Shown one piece after another: positions 53,033 to 64,000 of a stretch of 64,000 nucleotides of DNA. The stretch comes from Phyllobates terribilis. Lineage: Eukaryota. The stretch covers positions 364,994,001-365,058,000 of the forward strand of contig NW_027362769.1 of assembly GCF_046119375.1 (NCBI RefSeq), given 5' to 3'. Both the position numbers and the translations under genes were made by a program. A model generated the notes under the pieces. That model did not search any database, had not been told where the DNA came from, and saw only the letters and a program-made list of their open reading frames with translations. How positions within the stretch are numbered: the first letter of the stretch is position 1; each line of letters opens with the position of its first letter.

Positions 53033-54208
53033 ACCACATCTTCTAAGTGAGAGGCTACAATTTCTTGGGCTGGGCACTGATCTCTCATGTGCTCTGTATT
53101 CTTGCTGGTAGGAAGCTCGGGTGTCTGGTTCTCATCAGTGCAGGGTTCATGCTCCGCATACTGAGGTGTTAGATAATGTAAACAGTTGTTTAGATCGATG
53201 GACTGTAATTCTAACACTAATGGGTTAACTCTGATCCGGGATTCCGGTTAATGTCATGTGATGTGTATGGCGGTTGGTTCTGTGACTTGATGATTGGTTG
53301 GTTGTAAGATTTGAAATTCCCGCTTTGAGGCTGATTTTTTTCATACAGTGTGTGGTCAGTACTGGCGACTATAGGACGATCTGTGTTGTGTAACGATCGC
53401 TTGCTCTAGACTGCCTCTGGATACTAGGTCTCTAGGTTTTCCGGATTAGGGGAGCAGTATTCTGATAGAAGACCCGGGGTTCAGCGAGGGTTAATGGGTA
53501 TAAAGACTGAAGCCGCATCAACCAGATGAGATGGTGTCTTGTCTGCTCCCCCAGTCTTTCCACTCTGGAGCTGACACCACTGACTTCGGGTGATGTTTCT
53601 TCCCATTGATCTATAACATAAATATTACACACGGGTGTATGGGGAGGGGTGGTCGTACATATGTACCTCTGTGCACACAGTCCATACCCATTGTGATGCG
53701 TTTACCACAGAGCATTAGATCCAGGTCCTGCCGTGAAATGAATGAGTTGATTCTGCTACATATTTCCGGATCAGATCCGTGTGGGTTACAGATGGCAGCG
53801 AATATTCACAGTGAATATCGATGTATGAGGCAGATGGATGGATGGACGCCCTGTGTACCTTGTATGTAGACGCCTATTTGATGCCCGTGTTCTGGGAACT
53901 AAATACTGGGGTTGACGGCGGCCTCTGAAGGTTAATACCCTCACCAGAATAATGATGGCGGCTCATCCTCCACCGGCCGATCAGGGGAGCGATCACCGTG
54001 TTTGGGTGACAAGCGGATCCGGAGAGCAGGACCCTGTATTCCCAGTGGGTACAGCTGCCCCCAGACCGGATTGCTCAGATTGCGATCTCCACTACAAGCA
54101 GAGGGGCCGGTAATAATCCGACAGATTTAGAACAACGATTGAGGGGAAATTCAAAACTGTGATCAGAGAATGAACGAGAGACCTCAGCCAGCGCCGACCA
54201 ATACCCCA

Positions 54209-55143
54209 TACAAAGAAAAAACCTGGGAGTCTGAACTGAAACGTAAATTGATGTGCATGCAAAATGTAAATGCATGTTCACATAAGGCCACTAGACAGAG
54301 AAAAACCAAAGACAAGCAAAATACCCAAATAACTGGAATTAAATCGATAAATCTCAAGTGCATAAAAATAATGATAAATAATAAAGGGTATTTAGTTAAC
54401 ATAATTTTGATCAAAATAATGTAAAAGCCATCCCGCACGTCACGGCAACCCTTATGCGACAGTCCTAACTCTAATATTAAAACCTTACCATTTGTCAAGT
54501 GACATACATATGGATAAGGGCAGAGAGACTGAACCCTAGTAGAAGCATGGACCTGAGAGGCAGAATGAACCTTTCAGCTCAGACAAAGGGCGGCCACACC
54601 CTTATATGCACTGAAGCACACTAAACTACAAAGAAAAAACCTGGGAGTCTGAACTGAAACGTAAATTGATGTGCATGCAAAATGTAAATGCATGTTCACA
54701 TAAGGACACTAGACAGAGAAAAACCAAAGACAAGCAAAATACCCAAATAACTGGAATTAAATCGATAAATCTCAAGTGCATAAAAATAATGATAAATAAT
54801 AAAGGGTATTTAGTTAACATAATTTTGATCAAAATAATGTAAAAGCCATCCCGCACGTCACGGCAACCCTTATGCGACAGTCCTAACTCTAATATTAAAA
54901 CCTTACCATTTGTCAAGTGACATACATATGGATAAGGGCAGAGAGACTGAACCCTAGTAGAAGCATGGACCTGAGAGGCAGAATGAACCTTTCAGCTCAG
55001 ACAAAGGGCGGCCACACTCTTATATGCACTGAAGCACACTAAACTACAAAGAAAAAACCTGGGAGTCTGAACTGAAACGTAAATTGATGTGCATGCAAAA
55101 TGTAAATGCATGTTCACATAAGGCCACTAGACAGAGAAAAACT
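54209..55143. repeat. 418-bp tandem duplication (about 2.2 copies)
   Basis: Units start at 54209, 54627 and 55045 and are almost identical. Confidence 0.9.
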
Positions 55144-55789
55144 AGTATTTCCTCCATTTAACTCCTTAGTAGCCGTGTGTCTGCTGATCCCCGCTTCACA
55201 CTTATTTTCATAAGTGGAGACTTCCCCCACATCAGACTCCTGGTAGATCATATGTGGCTTGTCTTAGTCTGTTATAGGATCGGCGCAGACACTACAGGGA
55301 ATCCGGATAGAATATTACGTGGGTGAATGAGGAGCCTCCTGCCTGTGTAGATGGAGCGAAATAGAAGCACTGACAGGGATTAACCCCCTCTCCCGCCATC
55401 CTGTAACCGCAGATTGAGTATCGCTGGTAGAACCCAGATACAGTAGTTAGAATGATCTTATTGAAGTAGGACTCTGTGCAGTGATCGGGACAGATCTAAT
55501 CTTTCTCCACAGATCCGGAAAGCCAGCTGGACGTCTTTGGGCATGATTGTAAACCGTGTAGCGTGGAAGAATGTGGATTTTAAGAAATGGCTCATTTGTA
55601 GACGATGCTGAAGTTGGTTTCTTATTCGTCCAGTTTCTTTTTTTTCAGGATTAATTACAAAAACAAAAAAATACAGTAATAAAATTTATTGCAGCGAAGT
55701 CCCCTTATGTGAATACTCTTAAAAGGGGCTACAGAAGTCATAAAACTGGCACAAAAATGAGCATCGAAGTGGGCAATGAAGGGCGATAT

Positions 55790-56660
55790 TGGAAAGGTTA
55801 AATTACTTTGGGCGAAGGACTAGGATGCCCCACATCTAACTCAAGTTACTGCAGTCTGGCACAAATGGGTTATGGGCATCACAACGGGCATCAAAGTGGG
55901 CAACTAGCCACTTTTCACAGATTTGAATAAGCAACTTGTGTTTTCCATGGGTTAAATTACATTGGGCCACTGATAACACACCACCATTACATACATTCTG
56001 ATGGCGCGCATAAAATTCAGATCACTCTAGGCTGGCCCAAAAGGGTTTTGGGCATCAGAACGGGCATCAAAGAGGGCAAATAGCCACTTTTCACAGATTT
56101 GAATAAGTAACTGGTGTGTTTTAGGGGTAAAATGATTTTGGGCCACTGATCTCACACCACCACTATATACATAGTGATGTCCCACATCAAAAACAGGTCA
56201 CTCCAGACTGGCCCAAATGAGTTCTGGGCATCAGAACCGGCAAATAGACATTTTTCACAGATTTGAAGAAGTAATTTGTGTTTTTCAGGGATTAAATTAC
56301 TTTGGGCCACTGATCTCACATCAGCATTTCATATCTAGTGATGGCCCGCATAAAATTCAGGTCACTCCAGCCTTGCCAAAATGGGTTCTGTGTATCAGAA
56401 CGGGCATCAAAGCGGGCAAATAGCCATTTACTAGTGTTTTTCAGGGGTTAAATGACTTGGGCCACTGAGCTCACACAGCCACTACATAAAGAGTGATGGC
56501 CCGCATAAAATTAAGATCACTCCAGCCTGGCCCAAATGGGTTGTGGGCATCAAAGCGGGCAAATAGCCAGTTTTCACAGATTTTAATAAGTAACTGTTGT
56601 TTTTCAGGGGTTAAATGACTTTGGGACACTGATCTTACACCACCAATACACAGATAGGGA
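55790..56660. repeat. Degenerate ~150-180-bp tandem repeats next to the hAT transposase
   Basis: Recurrent TTTGGGCCACTGAT...GGGCATCAAAG..GGCAAATAGCCA. Confidence 0.7.
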
Positions 56661-57649
56661 TGGCCCACATCATAAAATAGTATCTGATACTAAAACAACT
56701 TTAGTGCACACAGCTTTCAATATCACAATAGCAACAGAAAAAAAAAAAAAAAACAGATTTTGTGCTCTGCAATAAGAAGCTCTGCAGACTGCGCAGAGCA
56801 CAATTTCAACCCAACTAAATGAAAAGATGCACTGCGCTTGCTTGATCACATTAGCAAGTGCAAAAAAAGATTCAAGGTATACTGAGACATGGAGCTCTAT
56901 ACCAGCGGTGCACAGCACTATTGTATGGCACGGGGCCTCTGTTTCTGTCAGTATCTCAGTACTTGCACAAGAACATCAAAAATGTGCTGCACCAGCGGTT
57001 GCAGAGGTACACAGGCCAGGAATTATCTACACTATCTGACTACCACACAAGCGCCCATCTATCTAGCTCATATCTCTCATTACACAGGAGAACACTGAGC
57101 TGCGTCTGTCTCCAGCAGTGACATGGATATAATGGCGCTGAGGGAACATGGCCGCTTTTTATATTGAGAGGACATGTGATTTCTGCAGCCAATTGCAGAA
57201 GCCCTTATGTCTGGACAGTGTAGATGCTTCTTGCGTTATGATTGGCTGGCCGCGCTTTCCTCAGTTAAAGTTACCGCCCACAGGAAAAAAAACAAAACAG
57301 TGTGCCGCTGATCTGACCTGTTCTAAACTCTCCACAGCCCCCACAATCACCTGGCACATGTCACCGCTCATCATACACTTGCACTATGCTAACAAAATTG
57401 TTCAAAACGCCGTGGTTGCCCTGTATTCACGATCCCGCGCAAATTCGTCGAACTTTTCCGATTTTAGGAAAATTTGCTCGCCTTTGCGAACACAAATCCG
57501 AATGTGCCATATTCGTGCCGAATTTGAAACTTTCGAACATTCGCCGAACAAATTCGCTGAACACTAATACCCATGTCTGGGTGTGAAGGGGTGCATGGGA
57601 ATAGACTCTTCAAAAAAACCCACTGGATTTGAGTTTATGTTACGATGCT

Positions 57650-60514
57650 ATCATCCAGAGGTATCGAGAAGTCTGGCCCAATCCAACCCTTGTTTATTTT
57701 GATGAGTCAGCCTGTCAGCATTTTCAGTATTTTCAGTTGACAGTTAGATGCTCCTATCAGTTATAATGCCCCCGGCGGCACTAAAAACCCGCTCTGACAA
57801 AACGCTAGTGGTAGGGCAAGCCAGGACCTCCAAGATGTAGAGAGACAGTTCATGACACGTGTCCAGCTTGGATACACAATAGTTGTAAGACACAGAGGAA
57901 TTACGGAGGACTCTGGTACGGTCAGCAAGGTACTTCTTCAGCATCTTCCAAAACTTTTCCCTCCTTGTGAAACTACCCCGCTCATAAGGGCCTGGGCGCT
58001 GGGAGGGTCTGAGAAAACTGCCCCACACCTTTGACAGTGTTCCCCTGCCTCTGCTGGATTGGAGTTCTGTTTCTCTCACCTGCACTCCTTGGTTGTCCAA
58101 GGAACTGTGACCTCTGGCGCCAGCATTGTCAGCAGGGGATTTTTTTAGTAATTCTTCAACAAGGGCCTTCTGGTACTGCAACATTTTATTAGACCTCTCA
58201 GTCACAGGAAGGAGAGATAGAAAGTTCTCCTTGTAGCACGGATCTAGAAGTGTGACCAACCAGTAATTACTGTTGTTCGAAATACGTACAATGCGAGGGT
58301 CACAGAAAAGGCAGCGGAACATAAAGTCAGCCATGTGCGCCAGACAGCCAACAGCCAAGACTTCCCTGTCCCCACAAAGAGGACAACTGTCCATGTTCTC
58401 ATCCTCATCCTGGTCCTCCTTCTTGTCCTCCCCCTTTTCAGTCCATCCACGCTGAACAGACGGTATGAATGTGGTGTGGATAGTACCGTCTTTAGCGCAG
58501 GAAACCAGTTCCTGTTCCTTCTCCTCCTTTTCCTCCTCATTATCACCCAATCTGCATTGAGATAAGGTGAGACTGGGATGTGTGGAATCACCCTGTAAAG
58601 TTCCTTGCTCCATCTCATCGTGCTCCGCCTGCAATGCCTCCTCTTTAATTGTGAACAGAGAGCGTTTCAGTAGACAGAGAAGCGGGATGGTGACACTAAT
58701 TATGGCGTCATCGCCGCTCACCATCTTGGTGGAGTCCTCAAAGTTTTGGAGGACTGCACAGATGTCATACATCCATGCCCACTCATCAGCTCTAATGTGC
58801 TTAGGCTGACCTGAATTACAACTGCCTGTTGAAGCTGGTACTCAGCAACTGCCCTCTGCTGATCACAAATCCTTCCTAACATATGCTGAGTTCCAAAGTG
58901 TGGTGATATCACACACTAGTCGGTCAGCTAGAAGCTGCAAACGCTGCTGAAGCACTGTCAGGGCAGCAGAAGCTGTAGCTGACTTTCTGAAATGGGCACA
59001 CATGGCATACTTTCAAAAGAAGCTCAGGCCGCTCTGGGTAGGTTTTGAGAAACCGCTGAACCACGAGGTTAAGCACATGGGCCAGGTATTATACGTGTGT
59101 GAGGTTGCCAATCCTCAGAGCCGCCACCATGTTCCGGCCATTGTCACCCACGACCATGCCTGGCTGTATGTTCAGTGGTGAGAGACAAAGATCTGCCTGC
59201 TTTGTTACAGCTTTCAACAACTCTGCAGCAGTGTGCAGTTTGTCGCCTAAGCAGATAAGCTTCAGCAGAGCCTGTTGCTGCTTGGCCGAGGTAGTGATAC
59301 AGTACTTTCAGCTTCCAGCTGATGTGGTCCTTTTTATAGATGGAGGCTGAAGAGGAGGATGAGGTGCAGGAGCTTTAGAATGTGGGGGCAATCCGGATTG
59401 ACCCGGGGCCCGCAATCCTCGGCGTCGGGAGGATGTGTACCGTCCCAAGGTCCGACTAGGTCCCGGCTTCCATTATATTAACCCAGTGTGCCGTCAGTGA
59501 AATATACCATCACTGGCCAACTAGTCAGGTGCTTTGCTGTCATGTGCCTGAGCATACTGGTGGTGGTCAGGCTGGTAGTTTTGCTGCTCCTGCTGATGCT
59601 GGCATGGCAGATGTTGCAAATAGCCTTTTTTGGGGTTATCTTGACAGTCTTTAAAAAAGAGCCAGACTCTGGAAGACTAACAGTTGGACTGGCAACTTCT
59701 CTCGTATTGGTGTTTTGGGGAACAGTTGCCTGCCTTGTGTCTGTGGCCACCCCACTGCTTCTTCCTGCTTGTTGTGGTTATACGCCTCTCTCCCTCTCTG
59801 CACTGCTCTCCTTGCTATGCATGTTATTTTGCCAGGTTTGGTCAGTGACTTCATCGTCCACCACCTCGTCTTCCACGTACGCACCCTGGGCCTCTTTCTG
59901 ACTTGCTGGCAATTGTGTCTCATCATCATCCACCTTTTGCGACAGTAATTGCACTTTCCCACCGTCGCCTTCGTGTGATCGTGGCTGCTCAAAATTTTGG
60001 GCATCACTACATGCGTTCTCCTCTTGCCCCGATTGAAGTGGACAAAGCGAGAGGCCAGAATCTATCAATGGAAATGTGAGCAGCTGTTCGGAGTATCCAA
60101 GTGTGAGATCACTTGTCTCTGGACACTCGGTATGGTGGGAGGAAGGAGGATCAGGGTGAGGATTATGTGGTCCAGAGTCACGGCTACTGAGACTGGACCA
60201 TGTGGAAGAGAGGGTGGTGGTAGTGGCAAACTGATTGAAGCATTATCTGCTATCCAACCAACAACCTTTTCACACTGCTCTGTCTTCAAGAGTGGTGCTC
60301 CGCAGCCCCCTAAAAAGTGGGACAGGAAGCTAGGTTGACATGTGTGTGCTTGTTGTGCTCCCTCAGCAGGCACAGTTTCATCTTGCCCACGGCCTTGGGC
60401 TCTGCGTACGCCATCAGCATCACGTCCACTTTCCCGTCCCTTACCATGCACCATGTCCATTTTAAATGGAGTATAATATTTTGCAGCTTCCAAAAATATC
60501 AGGATTAATATCAC
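57650..60514 (-). pseudogene. Degenerate hAT transposase (BED finger, DDE core remnants, hATC dimerisation domain)
   Basis: AICNICHASIS...MLRHMTAKH; GDNGRNM; LAHVLNLVVQRFLK; CPTTSVLSERVFSAAGG; multiple stops and frameshifts. Confidence 0.85.
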
Positions 60515-62329
60515 AGTAATATCTCACCACATGAGATGGACAACTTTCTCTACTTGTATAATGCAGGTAAACAGTATGCAACAGCGGAGACACAGGGGGA
60601 ACAAATGTATATTTCTTTTATTTAACAACTAATATAAACTGTAAAACATGTACTATATTGTAACAATTTGTTTACAACATTTGACAGTAAAATCAGCCGT
60701 AAACCACATAACAGAATAAATCAGAATACACTAGAATTCAGGGGCTGGTAGTTTAAAATGATCTATTGGAGGGAAGGGGAGTTAGATTGTCATTAACTAT
60801 AGTGGGCAAGGGGTAGTCTTTTAAATCTTTGGCAATACTCTGTTCCTATCACAACTTGCTGCCCGTTTCCCCCGTAACTCTCTATCCACTTTTGCAATGT
60901 CGCTCTGGCGTCTGCTGGTCCCAGTCTAACTATTGTCTTTCCCTCTATCCGTTCCCGGTACCGTATGTCCCTGTCAGAGGTAGCGTCTCGTCTCGCGTGT
61001 CATTCCTGGTCACTGACCTGACCGTGAATCTCCCATCTGACACCTCCGGAGCTTCTGCTACGTCACTAGTGCACACGTCTGAGAACCGTGCCACCGAAAC
61101 CTGTTCCCTTTCTGTCGACCGACATCACCCGGCTGAGGAACCTTGACTGTAGTGATGGGTCGGTCGCGAATAGTGATGAGCGAGCACTAAAATGCTCAGG
61201 TACTCGTTGCTCGGGTCGAGCAAATTGGAATACTCGGGTGCTCGACCTGAGCAACGAGCCCAATGTAAGTCTATGGGAAACTCGAGCATTTTTCAGGCGG
61301 CTCTCCCCAGCAGTCTGCAGAGGGCCTAAAAATTACCCAAATCGATGGGAACAGTGCTCAAATGATATGGTAACAGCATGGGGAAGACCCCTGGAAGCAT
61401 TTCTGACTCCCGGGTCACTGCTGTCTGCAATGTTGTCAGAGGTATTACGCCACTTTTACGGACTCACAATAAAACATACAAAAACGAATCCAAAATGGAT
61501 TTTCCTGGGAAATATGTCAAGGAACATCCTTTCCAGGGTAATAACTTGTGAATATGGCAAAATAAATAACCAAAACCAAAAATATTTCTCCACACCTTGG
61601 GCTATGTTCACACGTAGCGTTTTTGATGCGTTTTTGCACTTTTGCATTGCTTTCAACCAAGACAAATGCATTCACTGGGAAATGTCATTTTACAACCTTA
61701 TCTGGCCATCTGGTGTGTGACACATCATCAGAAACATGCATACAGTGCCGAAAAGACATGGGAACAGCATGGGGAAGACCCCTGGAAGCATCTCTGACTT
61801 CCAGGTCACTGCCTAAAAGTGTGCCCATCATAAGTGATCCTTGGCTCATGCAAAGATGCCTCCCGCCATGCACCTGTCGCTGCAGACTTGCAACAATCAC
61901 CGTCCACGTCCTTGTCCCAGTGCAGCGTTCAGTTGTCCCTAACCCATTCCTTGGAATGGAAGCGCAAATATGCAGCCAGCCAACCACCCACCCACAGGCC
62001 GCAATAATATACTGCCAAATTTTTGACAGCTGCTTGCACTTGAAATGTGGCCTTTTAGGCTCATGGAGGGGGAAGCTGTCCACAATCTTATGGTGGCGGC
62101 GACCGAGTATCCATACTCCATACTATCCATATTTGGTTCCCAGCCGCCACTATTTGTCCCGGTGTCTTCTCCACAAGCACGGGTGCCACAACATTACCCG
62201 TGCCCTCCCCAGTGAACTTACTGGGAAGGACCGCCTAACCACAAACACATGGACAGGTGAATGTGGCCAGGGACGGTACGGAGCCAGTCCACAGATTTTT
62301 TTTGCTGAGTTGTATTTCACCACAGCCAT

Positions 62330-62886
<557 letters not shown>

Positions 62887-64000
62887 TCTGCTCCGTCTGC
62901 TGCTCCGCCATCACCATCACCCCAAAGGCTCTTCTAAGAGCCACCACACCATCTACATCAGAGCTGTGGCTGCTCCTGTGTCCTCTCCTGTCTACGTCTA
63001 TTCACAGGGTAAATGGCAGGTGGCGCTAGTAGAGCTGATTAAGCCTTTCTAGACTGATAGTGAAAACTATGAATGAGTTCCTTCACAGCTCTGATCCTTT
63101 CAGTAATTTTTGAGCGAGTTGTCCTGTGTTCAGTGGCTTTTAACTCAACCACTTGCTCCCCAGATCAGATATTCCGGGGTCTCCTTTTTATATATTTATC
63201 TGTGTCACAGAAGAGCAGATCTCACAACTTTCCAGCCTTTACTTAGTAATTTTCCTCCTGCTGAAGTCCTAGATTCCTCTTTCATTGCCCCCATAAAGTA
63301 TGACACCCCATAAAAGTGTCCCCCAAACACAGTATGACACCCACAAGGAGAATGCCTCCACATGCACAGTATAATGAAGCTATTGTACCCCACCTCAAAT
63401 CCCAAGGCAAAGTTTGGTGACCCCAACACAGTATGATCCCCCAATTGTGACCCCTACACAGCCCTCCATACAGCATAATGGGCTTACATACAGTATAATA
63501 GCCCCTACACAGCCCTTCAAACAGTATGATGGACCCCACACAAACTTTCACACCATATAATTTCTTTCATACAGTATAATGGCCCCCCACATAGGCCTCA
63601 AAATATTATAATGGCCCCACCTAGCCTTCCATATAGTATAATGTGCCCTCCATAATCCTCCATATAATATAATGCGCCCCCCATAATCCTCCATATAGTA
63701 CAATGAACTTCCCATGGTCCATAGAATATAATGCACTCCCCCTAGCCCTCCATACAGTATATTACACACCCTATAGGGTAAAATGCAGCCCCCATATAGT
63801 ATAATGCACCCCACAGTCCTGCAATATTATGGGCACCACGTACTCACTGATTTTAAAATACTGTATATTTTATAAAAGCCAACCAGAGTATAAGCCGAGG
63901 CCCCTAATTTTACCACAAAAAAATGGGAAAACGTATTGACTCGAGTATGCATGGCCTCCTCATCCCCCATTCCTGGTATGGATGCCCCCCTCATCCCCCA

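Noticed and set aside
57420-57568. Terminus of the hAT transposase element
   Set aside because: The TIR-like end faces away from the transposase and no partner end or TSD was found, so element boundaries are not called.

Overview
Vertebrate genomic DNA, most likely an anuran frog (inferred from histone sequences and TE content). The window is a decaying, rearranged replication-dependent histone cluster invaded by nested transposons. H3 (40171-40581) and H4 (42035-42346) are intact. H1 is open but carries a Leu>Pro change and a stem-loop mismatch. One H2B has its body hidden by an N-run. There are pseudogenes or fragments of H4, H2A (x2) and H2B, plus orphan 3' stem-loops. Bases 1-10660 hold three Ty3/Gypsy elements, two with Tf1/sushi-type self-priming sites. 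Bases 12886-32075 form a nest resolved mostly by target-site duplications: Penelope > hAT MITE > pol-less LTR element > (Helitron, full-length two-ORF CR1, hAT MITE). The most unusual item is the pol-less LTR element (16808-30259). It encodes a complete cold-shock domain, visible only after the CR1 that splits it is excised. Other oddities are tandem arrays of U7-binding HDE-like sequence behind H1 and H2B, Helitron hairpin arrays rich in CCAAT/E2F-like motifs, a Penelope hammerhead, and a gene-less back-to-back pair of histone stem-loops. All calls come from reading the sequence by eye; no searches were run.
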